From Magnetococcales bacterium (GTDB lineage Bacteria > Pseudomonadota > Magnetococcia > Magnetococcales > Magnetaquicoccaceae), in assembly GCA_015231915.1 (NCBI GenBank), contig JADGAR010000018.1:4457-68456 (forward strand): a stretch of 64,000 nt of DNA, read 5' to 3'. A program made the translations under genes and the position numbers. Of this stretch, positions 16,494 to 25,582 are shown piece after piece. Numbering within the stretch: position 1 is the stretch's first letter; each line of letters starts with the position of its first letter. The notes beneath the pieces were generated by a model. It saw nothing but the letters and a program-made list of their open reading frames with translations. It was not told where the DNA came from and did no database searches.

Positions 16494-17993
16494 TCAGACG
16501 ATGCCTTTGCGGTCACCCAACAGAATGGCATTGCTCACCAGTTGATGCACCCCGCCCACCAGATCCATGGGGATCCCGTACATGGGCAACACCTTGGTGA
16601 ATTGCGCCTTGCAGATCGCGCAGATCAAAGCCATGAAATTGACCTGGTCCTCACGCATCACCTTTTTGAGGGCCGTCACCCGCGGCAACACCCCCTTGAT
16701 GCGCAGATCCATCAACTCATCGGTCAACAGACCACCCCCACCACCGCAACAGAAGGTCTTTTCACGGATGGTATCCTCATCCATGTCCACAAAATGATTG
16801 CAGGTGGCCCGAATCAGGGCGCGGGGGATCTCGAATTGTCCTCCCGCCACCGGTCCCATGCGCGAGGCCCGCGCCACGTTGCAGGAGTCATGGAAGGTCA
16901 CCACCAGATTGTCGTTGGCGGACCTGTCCAGCTTGAGCGCCCCTTTTTGCATCAGGTCATACGTGAATTCACAGATATGCTGGGGGGCCGGATAATTGGG
17001 ATCGAGAAAATCGAACGGACCATTGAGGGTGTTCCAGAAACTGTACGCCACCCGCCAGGCATGCCCGCACTCCCCCACCACCAGACGCTTGACCTTGAGG
17101 GCGCGCGCCTGTTCCACCACCCGTTTGGCCACCTTTCGCTGTTGCTCGTAGGAGCCGATGAACATGCCGAAATTGGCCGCCTCGGAGGCATACGAGCTGA
17201 TGGTGAACGAAATCCCCGCCTGATGGAACACCTTGGCGTAACCCATCAGCGACTGGATGTGCGGTTCGCTGAAAAAGTCCGCCGAGGGGGCCACCAGCAT
17301 GACATCGGCTCCCTCCTGATCCAGGGGCAGCCGCACGTCGTGACCGGTGGCATCCAGGATCTCCTCTTCCAGAAATTGCAGCGTCCCCTGCAACGCCGGC
17401 TTCGGAATCCCCAGATTGTTGCCGATCTGATGGACCTTGCCGATGATCTCCACCGAATATTTGTGGCCAACGCCGATGGCGTTCATGATCTCCCTGGCCG
17501 CCTGGGTGATCTCGGCGGTGTCGATGCCGAAGGGACAGAACACCGAACAACGCCGGCACTGGGAACACTGGTGAAAATAGGTGAACCACTTGTTCAGCGT
17601 CTCTTCGTCGAAATCCGCCGCCTTCACCAGGCCGGGAAAGAACTTGCCAGCCGGGGTGAAATAGCGCCGATAGACGCTGCGCAGCAACTCCGCGCGCTGC
17701 ACCGGCATGTTGTTGGCGTCCTGGGTCCCCAGGTAGTAGTGACACTTGTCCGTACACGCGCCACACTTGACGCAAATGTCCAGAAACACCTGCAGGGAGC
17801 GAAACTTGCCCAGCATCTCTCCCAGTTTTTCGATCCCCTTTTGTTGCCAGTTCTCCACCCGCTCGCCGGGAAACCCCATCGGGTCCATGTGTTTGGCGGT
17901 TGCGGGATAAGGCTTCAAATGGCCCATGGTCCCGGTTTTCAGACAGGGGGTCTTGATGTCCTCGCCGACCTGCGGCACCTCGTAATCAGCCAC
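16494..17993 (-). CDS. dsrK: DsrK, HdrD-like Fe-S/CCG-domain subunit
   Basis: [11 protein letters not shown] and [16 protein letters not shown] 4Fe-4S motifs; ECGH, FHDSC, CCGGGGG, CAICK; follows dsrM. Confidence 0.9.
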   Translation of the reverse strand: MADYEVPQVGEDIKTPCLKTGTMGHLKPYPATAKHMDPMGFPGERVENWQQKGIEKLGEMLGKFRSLQVFLDICVKCGACTDKCHYYLGTQDANNMPVQRAELLRSVYRRYFTPAGKFFPGLVKAADFDEETLNKWFTYFHQCSQCRRCSVFCPFGIDTAEITQAAREIMNAIGVGHKYSVEIIGKVHQIGNNLGIPKPALQGTLQFLEEEILDATGHDVRLPLDQEGADVMLVAPSADFFSEPHIQSLMGYAKVFHQAGISFTISSYASEAANFGMFIGSYEQQRKVAKRVVEQARALKVKRLVVGECGHAWRVAYSFWNTLNGPFDFLDPNYPAPQHICEFTYDLMQKGALKLDRSANDNLVVTFHDSCNVARASRMGPVAGGQFEIPRALIRATCNHFVDMDEDTIREKTFCCGGGGGLLTDELMDLRIKGVLPRVTALKKVMREDQVNFMALICAICKAQFTKVLPMYGIPMDLVGGVHQLVSNAILLGDRKGIV

Positions 17994-18038
17994 GGGTAAA
18001 CTCCTGCAAGATGGTTGCCTTCATCCGGAATACGTTAC

Positions 18039-18752
18039 TCATTGCTCCGCCCAGGGGTTGACGTGCCTGCGTTCCCTGGGATTGTCCACCTGATTGCGGG
18101 TCGGGCTGAAGAAGATGCCCCCCGCGTGCATCAGCTTGCTGAACGGGAAGATCACCATAAGGATCCCCACGAACGCCAGATGCAGAAGAAACACCACATC
18201 CCCAGGCGCCTTGACCGGCGGCAGGGCGCCAAACGCGGTCAACAGGCCGCTCATGCTCGCCTTGATGGTGACGATATTGGGCCGCAGCACGAAGTCCATC
18301 ATCAGTCCGGAGCCGGCAATGGCCAGCAACAACACCAAAAACAGATAATCCGCCTTGGACGAAATGTGACGCACCCGCTCGAACACCAGGCGTCTGAGGA
18401 ACAGGAACGCCAGCCCTCCCGCCATGACCAGGCCTGCCAGAATGCCGAAGATTTCGATGTGGGCGAACCAGGCGGGCAACGGGTCACAAAAATAGCGCAC
18501 ATGCCGGATCAGGACCACCAGCATCCCGGCATGAAAGGCGATCCCCCCGGCCCAGGCCAGCTTGTCGCTCTTGAACAGACTGGTGAAGAGCGTCACCTCA
18601 CCCAGCAGTCGGCAGAACACCCCGAAGCGGGTGGTGGGCGCCGGGGTCGTGGGGATCTTGAGGGGGGCGGGCACCCGGGCGTAGATCAGGATTCGTCTGA
18701 CGAACCCGACAAGGAAAATTCCCAATACGAGATAGGCGAGGAAGGTCAGCAT
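18039..18752 (-). CDS. dsrM: DsrM, NarI-like membrane cytochrome b subunit
   Basis: Five TM helices; FHAG..VVLIRH and HL.FV..L..IFPFSKLMH heme-b His; C-terminal FSPTRNQVDNPRE. Confidence 0.9.
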   Translation of the reverse strand: MLTFLAYLVLGIFLVGFVRRILIYARVPAPLKIPTTPAPTTRFGVFCRLLGEVTLFTSLFKSDKLAWAGGIAFHAGMLVVLIRHVRYFCDPLPAWFAHIEIFGILAGLVMAGGLAFLFLRRLVFERVRHISSKADYLFLVLLLAIAGSGLMMDFVLRPNIVTIKASMSGLLTAFGALPPVKAPGDVVFLLHLAFVGILMVIFPFSKLMHAGGIFFSPTRNQVDNPRERRHVNPWAEQ

Positions 18753-18846
18753 CCGGCTTTCCCCTGCAACGAAATGGATGAATGAATTATGGATCTTGGG
18801 TTGCCGGCTCGCGCCGGCAACCCGATGGCTCGTGGCTTGGGACGGC

Positions 18847-19182
18847 TTACACGCAACCGGTCGGCTTCGGCAGTCCCGCGATTTTGCAGGCCTGCTTGGC
18901 GGGTCCACCCGGATAGAGGTCGTACAGGTACTTCGTGTTGCCCTTTTCCTTGCCCAGTTTTTTTCCGATGGCCTTGGTCAGGATGCGGATCATCGGCGCG
19001 ATCTTGTACTCTTCATAGTATTCGCGCAGGAAGTTGACGACTTCCCAGTGGGACTCGGACATCTCCACGCCTTCCGTCTTGGCGAGATAGGCAGCGACAT
19101 CCATGCTCCAGTCAGGCAGATTGGCCAGGTAGCCATCCTCGTCGGTTTCGTAGGTGCGTCCGTTCAATTCAAAGCTCGGCAT
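18847..19182 (-). CDS. dsrC: DsrC sulfur-carrier protein
   Basis: DEDGYL...HWEVVNFLREYY...LYDLYPGGPAKQACKIAGLPKPTGCV with both C-terminal Cys. Confidence 0.95.
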   Translation of the reverse strand: MPSFELNGRTYETDEDGYLANLPDWSMDVAAYLAKTEGVEMSESHWEVVNFLREYYEEYKIAPMIRILTKAIGKKLGKEKGNTKYLYDLYPGGPAKQACKIAGLPKPTGCV

Positions 19183-19337
19183 GATTGCTTCTCCTTCAAG
19201 TGTGATGCGATGATAGTGTGGGTATTGAAATGCAGCGCGTCAATCAACGATTATCGAATACTCGTCCATGTTCCGGGATGGCCAATTTGGAACATTAGCA
19301 TATCATGATTTTGCCAAACAGCAAGGTGCTTTCCTGC

Positions 19338-19356
19338 ATGGTATGGATTTTACCAT
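19338..19356. promoter_or_regulatory. Perfect 6-7-6 inverted repeat at predicted dsrC transcription start
   Basis: ATGGTA-tggattt-TACCAT. Confidence 0.45.
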
Positions 19357-19358
19357 TA

Positions 19359-19376
19359 ATGCAAGATTGCTGCCAC
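19359..19376 (-). promoter_or_regulatory. Sigma54 promoter candidate for dsrC-dsrM-dsrK
   Basis: Minus strand GTGGCAGCAATCTTGCAT = TGGCA(G)-N5-TTGCAT, near consensus. Confidence 0.65.
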
Positions 19377-19407
19377 TCGAAAGGGAAACAAAAAATTTCC
19401 CCGCGCG

Positions 19408-19436
19408 TTGACTTGCTGGCAAACGGCCCGCAAAAT
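19408..19436 (+). promoter_or_regulatory. Sigma70 promoter candidate for the ferredoxin gene
   Basis: TTGACT-N17-CAAAAT. Confidence 0.5.
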
Positions 19437-19486
19437 CAATCGTAAATCTTTACCTGACCACCAGTCGCGCATGGGAAACGAATACG

Positions 19487-19795
19487 ATGAAACCAAAACA
19501 CCACCTGTTTGTATGCATGAACCAACGCCCCGCTACCCATCCCAGAGGGTCCTGCGGATCCCAGGGCGCCGGGGCGGTGTTCGAGGCGCTGGGCGCGGAA
19601 GTGGAAAAGCGCGAGATGTTCGAAAGCGTCATGGTGACCGGCACCTTCTGCATGGGGCCTTGTGATCGGGGACCGACGGTGGTCGTCTATCCCGACGGGG
19701 TGTGGTACGGCGGGGTCAAGCCCAAGGACGTGGCCGAAATCTTCGACGCGCACCTGATCCAGGGCGAGCCGGTGCAGAGGTTGCGTATCCTGTAG
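19487..19795 (+). CDS. Thioredoxin-like [2Fe-2S] ferredoxin
   Basis: HLFVC...CGSQG...TFCMGPCDRGPTVVVYPDGVWY four-Cys pattern. Confidence 0.92.
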   Translation: MKPKHHLFVCMNQRPATHPRGSCGSQGAGAVFEALGAEVEKREMFESVMVTGTFCMGPCDRGPTVVVYPDGVWYGGVKPKDVAEIFDAHLIQGEPVQRLRIL

Positions 19796-19809
19796 GCGGG
19801 AAAACGATC

Positions 19810-22119
19810 ATGCATCGCGTGCTCAAGGGGTGGCTTTACGGGGTGGGGGGGCTGGTGGCGGCGCTGGTGGCGCTGGCACTGGCGGTGCCGTGGCTGGTGC
19901 ACCCGAATCAATACCGGGCGCCGATCGCCGCCCTGGTCGAGAATCTGACCGGACGGCAATTGACGATTCGGGGCGATCTGGGGCTGGAGCTGTTTCCCAG
20001 GGCGCGCCTGATCCTGCGGGATGCCGAACTGGCCGACAAGCCCGGCTTCGGGGACGGGCCGATGGTGCGTCTGCGCACCCTGGAGGCCGGTGTGCATGTC
20101 ATCCCCCTCCTGCACGGCCAGCTCGAAGTGGAACTGGCCAGGGTGACGGGGGTGACGGTGAACCTGCGCCGCAATGAGGCGGGAGTCGCCAACTGGGAGG
20201 ATCTCTACGGGCATCTGCGTGCGGCCCTGGTCGCCGGCGATCGGGCACCCGCTGCCGAAAGCGCGTCGCCAGAGAGCGCCTTTCTGAAAAGCATCAAGGT
20301 CGGCGGCGGAGTGGAGGTGGCCGGGGCCACGATCCTCTGGCGTGACCCGGAACTGGGCGCCGATGCCCGCATCGACGACCTGGAGGTCAAGACCGGGCGG
20401 GTCGTTCCGGGTCAGCCCGTGAGTCTGACCCTCGGGCTGCGTTTCCGGGAGGAGCGCCGCCGGATGAAGGGCAATGCCGAGATGAAGGGCTGGTTGCGTC
20501 CCGCGCCCGGCACCCTGGCGCTGGATGGCTTCGAGGTCAGGGCCAAGGTCGCGGCGTCCGGCGGGTTGGTCAAGGAGGCCACGATGCACTTCACCGGGGA
20601 TCTGCTGGCGAACGTGCGGGAGAATCTCCTCCTGGCGACCAGGACCGCCCTGGATCTCCATGTCTGGTCCGATTCCGCCTGGTGGCGGGCGGTGGCCCTG
20701 GGGGCGCGGGGCGATGCCCGGGCCGATCTCACGGCCCGCGCCGTGAAGGTCTCCGGTGCCCAGTTGAGCGCCCTGGTCAAGGCGAACGACCTGCCCCCCG
20801 CCGGGGTGCGGGTGCAGGTCGGCGCAGAGCTGGGCCTGGATTGGCCGCAACGGATCCTGACCCTGGAGGAGCTGACCGCCGAGGGACCGGGCGGCCTGAA
20901 GGCGAATGGCGAGCTGACCGCCACCCACTGGCCCGCTGCGCCGCGCACCACGGGCAGCCTGACGGTGGAGCGCTTCGATCTGCGCAGCCTGCTCATCGCC
21001 CTGGGACGCACCATCCCCGTCACGGGAGACGGCGCCACCTGCACCCGCGTGGAGGGGGAGGTGGAGTTCGCGACCGGCCCGCAAGGGGTGGAGATCCCGC
21101 GCCTGGTGTTGGAGATGGACGATTCCCGGTTCACCGGCGCCCTGACCGTTGGGCCTGCCCCGTTTCCCCTGAGTTTCGACGGCCAGGTGGACACCCTGGA
21201 TCTGGACCGCTATCTCCCCTTGCTGGACGCTGTCGGGCTGTCTGCCGACAAACTGGCCGTGCTCCCGGCGTGGCTGAGCGGCGCAGTGCCGGCGAGCGGG
21301 ACGCTGCGCGCCGGTCGCATGACCCTGGACGGCAGGAGCGTTGTCGATCTCGCCGCAAAGGCGACCGGCGGCTCCGGCCTGGTGACGCTGGAGTCGTTGA
21401 CCCTGGGCCTGCATGGGGGCCGCGTCGAGGGCAAGGCCACCCTGGACCGGCGGGAGGCGATTCCCGCCCTGCATCTGGAGACCGTCGCCAAGGGGGTGCG
21501 CGCCGGCCCGCTCCTGCGGGATCTGGCCGCCCTGGAAGGGGCGAGCGGGATGGTGGAGTGGGATCTGCGTCTGGACGCCCGCGGCGGGGATCGGGAGGCC
21601 ATGATCCCCTCCATGAGCGGCGCGTTGCGTCTGGTCGCCCGCGACGGGGTCATCCCGGGCGCGGATGTGGCCGGCAGAATCCGCAACGCCTATGCCACCT
21701 ACAACCGGCTGCGCGCCCCCGCAGCGGGCACGGAGGAGACGCGCTTCACCGAAGCGGCCATCGGTGCGGTCATGCGCAACGGGGTGCTGCTCGGCAAGGA
21801 TCTGGCGGTCCAGGGGCAGGGCGTGAAGATCGGCGGGGGGGGGTTGATCGATTTCGTGCAGCGGCGCCTGGACTTGCAACTGGCCGCCGATGTGGCGACC
21901 TCCCTGCGGGGGATGGCCCCGGACGCGGAGCAGTACCAGGGGTTGGAGCTGCCCATCCAGTTGCGCGGCGCCTTCGATGCCGCGAAAAAGTGGGAATGGG
22001 GGAACGTGGATTTCTCCCGCGTGCGCGGCAAATCCACCCGGGAGTGGCCCGCCGAGGAGGAGCGTGGTCGCAGCGCCGCCGGCCAGGAGACGACCCTCGG
22101 CGATCCTTTGTTCCGGTAA
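19810..22119 (+). CDS. AsmA family protein
   Basis: N-terminal anchor, PNQYRAPI..LV...TGRQL.I.GDL.LELFP; beta-rich body; C-terminal AsmA-like T.F......NG.....DL...G.G.IDF. Confidence 0.85.
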   Translation: MHRVLKGWLYGVGGLVAALVALALAVPWLVHPNQYRAPIAALVENLTGRQLTIRGDLGLELFPRARLILRDAELADKPGFGDGPMVRLRTLEAGVHVIPLLHGQLEVELARVTGVTVNLRRNEAGVANWEDLYGHLRAALVAGDRAPAAESASPESAFLKSIKVGGGVEVAGATILWRDPELGADARIDDLEVKTGRVVPGQPVSLTLGLRFREERRRMKGNAEMKGWLRPAPGTLALDGFEVRAKVAASGGLVKEATMHFTGDLLANVRENLLLATRTALDLHVWSDSAWWRAVALGARGDARADLTARAVKVSGAQLSALVKANDLPPAGVRVQVGAELGLDWPQRILTLEELTAEGPGGLKANGELTATHWPAAPRTTGSLTVERFDLRSLLIALGRTIPVTGDGATCTRVEGEVEFATGPQGVEIPRLVLEMDDSRFTGALTVGPAPFPLSFDGQVDTLDLDRYLPLLDAVGLSADKLAVLPAWLSGAVPASGTLRAGRMTLDGRSVVDLAAKATGGSGLVTLESLTLGLHGGRVEGKATLDRREAIPALHLETVAKGVRAGPLLRDLAALEGASGMVEWDLRLDARGGDREAMIPSMSGALRLVARDGVIPGADVAGRIRNAYATYNRLRAPAAGTEETRFTEAAIGAVMRNGVLLGKDLAVQGQGVKIGGGGLIDFVQRRLDLQLAADVATSLRGMAPDAEQYQGLELPIQLRGAFDAAKKWEWGNVDFSRVRGKSTREWPAEEERGRSAAGQETTLGDPLFR

Positions 22120-22155
22120 TCGCCACGCAACCGATCCTTTGGCGCATGAGAGAGC

Positions 22156-22782
22156 ATGGAACACATCGATATCTGGTGGATCGCCTGGGGATGTTTCCTG
22201 TCAGCCGGCCTGGTGCTGCTGTTGCACCTGGCCACCAAGAGCCACTGCGTCCTGGAAGGCGGCATGCTGGAGGGATTCGAGCTTCCGGAGATCGGCAGGG
22301 AGTGGGATCACGATTACCAGGTGCCAAGTTCCAGCATACGGGGGGCCAGTTACGAGGTCAATCTTTACCACATGCGTTGCGGCTGCGACCATTTCCGTGC
22401 GGAGCGGGCGCAATACGCCCGCCTGGACGCCCGCCGGCTCTGCATGCACCTGGCCAGGGAGATGGAGGACAAAAAGGTCGTCAATACCTTCGATCCCCTG
22501 GCGCGGGCGGTGGTTTGCCATGCGGCCCGCAAACACCCTGCGCGCGGCTTCGCCAAGGTGCCGACCCCCAGCGGGCCGGCCTGGATCGCCTATGATCCAG
22601 GCGATCGCTGGTTGTATGTCCTCACGCCGTTCTCCTGGCCCCGGGACGCGGAACGGCGTCGGGACTACACCTATGCCTTTTCCCCCAAGATCTGGTCCTG
22701 GGCCGGGCGCAAGCGGCCCCGCCATTATCCGCGCCTCGAGCGGTGCTGCAACCGGATCTATCAGGAATTTCGCACGGCCTGA
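22156..22782 (+). CDS. Membrane-anchored protein with SWIM-type Zn finger
   Basis: N-terminal hydrophobic helix; YEVNLYHMRCGC-X18-CMH (CxC...CxH). Confidence 0.65.
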   Translation: MEHIDIWWIAWGCFLSAGLVLLLHLATKSHCVLEGGMLEGFELPEIGREWDHDYQVPSSSIRGASYEVNLYHMRCGCDHFRAERAQYARLDARRLCMHLAREMEDKKVVNTFDPLARAVVCHAARKHPARGFAKVPTPSGPAWIAYDPGDRWLYVLTPFSWPRDAERRRDYTYAFSPKIWSWAGRKRPRHYPRLERCCNRIYQEFRTA

Positions 22783-23372
22783 TCCGGCGGCTCGAAAATC
22801 CGTTCCAGATGGCGCCACAGCTCCGGGATCCCGTCGCCGCGCAGCACGGAGACCGGGACGGGCGGGGCCATGGCCAGGCGGGTGTTGCTCCGCAGTTCGG
22901 CTTCCAGGGCGAGCAAAGCCTGCCGCCTGGGATTGGCGTTGAGCTTGTCGATCTTGGTGACCACCGGCAGAAAACCGATGCCCCGCGCCTCCAGGAACTC
23001 TACCGCTCCGGCGTCCAGGCCGGTGAAGCCGCGCCGCGCATCCAGCAGCAGGACGACCGCGCGCAGGTTGCGGCGACTGGAGAAATAGGCGTCGGCCAGC
23101 CGGTCCCACGTGGCACGTTGTCCGGCGGCCACCGCGGCATGGCCGTAGCCTGGCAGATCCACGAACCGCGCCCCCTGGCCGACGGCAAAAAAATTGATCT
23201 CGCGGGTGCGTCCGGGGGTGCGGCTCACCATGGCCAGATTGCGGCGGTTGAGCAGCCGGTTGAGCAGCGAGGACTTGCCCACGTTGGAACGGCCCACGAA
23301 GGCCAGCTCCGGCAGATCGTCCGGCGGAAACTGACGGCTTTCGACCGCGCCGGTCAAAAACCGCGCGGCCAT
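22761..23372 (-). CDS. engB: Ribosome biogenesis GTPase EngB/YihA
   Basis: ELAFVGRSNVGKSSLLN, SRTPGRTREINFF, FVDLPGYG, TKIDK. Confidence 0.95.
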   Translation of the reverse strand: MAARFLTGAVESRQFPPDDLPELAFVGRSNVGKSSLLNRLLNRRNLAMVSRTPGRTREINFFAVGQGARFVDLPGYGHAAVAAGQRATWDRLADAYFSSRRNLRAVVLLLDARRGFTGLDAGAVEFLEARGIGFLPVVTKIDKLNANPRRQALLALEAELRSNTRLAMAPPVPVSVLRGDGIPELWRHLERIFEPPDQAVRNS

Positions 23373-23495
23373 GCCTGCCCGCAGGGCAGGGGGGGGGGAG
23401 ATGAACTTGAATTCGTCTTGCAAGGCGGGTACTCTTTGCCGGGTTGTGGTTGCAAAGGGGTGATTCCCCCCATTTATGCTGGAGAACGAGGAAAA

Positions 23496-24509
23496 ATGCA
23501 AACCCCGGATGCCATCGATCGTCTGTTTGCCGTGCGCGGGGGGGAGCGGTCGCGACCGCCCCTGATCCTGGCCCCCATGGCCGGGGTGACGGACCTGCCG
23601 TTCCGGAGCCTGGCGCGGCGTTTCGGCGCGGACTGGACGGTCTCGGAGATGATCTCCTCTCAGGCCATGATCCGCCATGTCCCCAAATGCGCCAAACTCG
23701 CCCTGGCCGGGGAGGAGGAAGCCCCCCTGACGGTGCAGATCGCCGGGGCCGATCCGGTGGCCATGGCCGAGGCGGCCCGCATGCAGGCCGACCTGGGCGC
23801 GCGGGTGATCGACATCAACATGGGGTGCCCGGTGAAAAAGATCGTCTCCACCGGCGCAGGGGCCGCCCTGCTGAAAGACGAAACCCTGGCGGCCCGCGTC
23901 ATGGAGAGCGTGGCCAGGGCGGTATCGATTCCGGTCACGGTCAAGATCCGTCTGGGGTGGGACGCCGCCACCCGCAACGGGGTTGCCATCGCCAGGCTGG
24001 CCGAGGCGTCGGGCATGTGTTGCATCACGGTGCATGGCCGCACCCGCGCCCAGATGTACGAGGGCCGGGCCGACTGGGAGGCGGTGGGCGAGATCAAGAG
24101 CCGGGTGCGCATCCCGGTGATCGGCAACGGCGACGTATGCTCCCCGGAACAGGCCCTGGAGCTGTGGCAACGCTTTGGGGTGGACGGGATCATGATCGGT
24201 CGCGCTGCCCTGGGCCGACCCTGGATTTTTCGCGAGATCGCCTGTTTTCTCGCCACGGGTCGGCATCTCCCGCCACCCACCCTGGAAGAGCGCGCTGCGC
24301 TGATCGAGGAGCATTATCACGCCATGCTGGAGCACCACGGTCTTCGCACCGGCCATCTGCTGGGCCGCAAGCACGTGAGCTGGTTCACCCGCGGCCTGCC
24401 GGGCGGGGCCGCGCTGCGTGAAAGCCTCAATCGCACCCCCTCCCCGGAGGCGGTGATCCCCTTGCTGCGCGCCTTCCTCGAACCCCTCCTGCAAGCGCGG
24501 GCCGCCTGA
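23496..24509 (+). CDS. dusB: tRNA-dihydrouridine synthase (NifR3/DusB)
   Basis: LAPMAGVTD.PFR, IDINMGCPVKK, VTVKIRLGW, TVHGRTR, VIGNGDV, IMIGRAALGRPW. Confidence 0.95.
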   Translation: MQTPDAIDRLFAVRGGERSRPPLILAPMAGVTDLPFRSLARRFGADWTVSEMISSQAMIRHVPKCAKLALAGEEEAPLTVQIAGADPVAMAEAARMQADLGARVIDINMGCPVKKIVSTGAGAALLKDETLAARVMESVARAVSIPVTVKIRLGWDAATRNGVAIARLAEASGMCCITVHGRTRAQMYEGRADWEAVGEIKSRVRIPVIGNGDVCSPEQALELWQRFGVDGIMIGRAALGRPWIFREIACFLATGRHLPPPTLEERAALIEEHYHAMLEHHGLRTGHLLGRKHVSWFTRGLPGGAALRESLNRTPSPEAVIPLLRAFLEPLLQARAA

Positions 24510-25582
24510 TGAGCGTCCATGCGGATGGCGGGTTCACCCCGATCTGGCTGTGGGACCAGCTCACCCTGGGCGTGGTCGCCATGGATGCCCAGGGGGTGGT
24601 GCGGGCCGTGAACGACGCGGCGGAAAAGCTCTTCGGCAAGCCCAGGAGCCGCCTGGTGGGGGTGGGCCTGGAGACGCTGCTCCCCGGCCATCCCGTGGCC
24701 ATGGAACTGCTCTCCCGCGCCCGGACGCTGGGCATGCCCTGCCGGATCCGGGACGCACGCATCACCACCGGGCCGGAGCGGGAGATCGGGGTGGCCCTGA
24801 CCGCCGTGCCGCTCTTCACCCCCAACGGGGCGTGGGCCGGGGCCATGTTGCAGATGGAGGAGGTGGGGACCACCGAGCGGATGGAGGAGGGGGAACGGCT
24901 GCACGACGCCCTCAACTCGGTGGGGGATCTGGCCATGACCGTGGCCCACGAGATCAAGAACCCCCTGGCCGGCATCCGCGGGGCGGCGCAACTCCTGGAT
25001 GCCGCAGTGAGCGGGGAGGACTCCGCCTGCCTGGAGCTGATCCGCTCCGAGGTGGACCGCGTCAGTCGCCTGCTGGATCATCTGCTGGGCCTGGCCGAAC
25101 AGCGCCCGCTCCAGGCCCAGGAACACAACATCCACGAGATCCTGGATCACGTCGTGCGCCTGTGCGTGAGCGCCAAGGCCAGGCCGTTCCCCATTCCCGA
25201 TTTCGACCCTTCCCTGCCGGAGGTGCGCGGGGATCGGGATCAGCTCATCCAGTTGTTCCTGAATCTGGTGCAAAACGCCATGCAGGCCGCAGGTGAGGCG
25301 GGCCGGGTGCGCATCGCCACCCGCGTCTCCCCCCGCACCCGTCTGGAGCAGGGACGCCGGCGTCTGCACATCCAGGTGGAGGTGCGCGACAACGGCCCGG
25401 GGATCCCGGAGGAGATGCGGCAGCGGATCTTTCTGCCATTCGTCTCCACCCGATCCGACGGGACCGGGCTGGGATTGTCGATCTGCCAGAAAATCGTGCA
25501 TGGCCACGGGGGACAACTGGAACTGGAATGCCCGCCTGGGGAGACGGTGTTCCGGGTGCTGCTGCCGGCCACCTCGTCATGA
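24509..25582 (+). CDS. ntrB: Nitrogen regulation sensor kinase NtrB
   Basis: PAS; VAHEIKNPLAGIRGAAQLL; QLFLNLVQNA; DNGPGI; PFVSTR..GTGLGL. Confidence 0.93.
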   Translation: MSVHADGGFTPIWLWDQLTLGVVAMDAQGVVRAVNDAAEKLFGKPRSRLVGVGLETLLPGHPVAMELLSRARTLGMPCRIRDARITTGPEREIGVALTAVPLFTPNGAWAGAMLQMEEVGTTERMEEGERLHDALNSVGDLAMTVAHEIKNPLAGIRGAAQLLDAAVSGEDSACLELIRSEVDRVSRLLDHLLGLAEQRPLQAQEHNIHEILDHVVRLCVSAKARPFPIPDFDPSLPEVRGDRDQLIQLFLNLVQNAMQAAGEAGRVRIATRVSPRTRLEQGRRRLHIQVEVRDNGPGIPEEMRQRIFLPFVSTRSDGTGLGLSICQKIVHGHGGQLELECPPGETVFRVLLPATSS

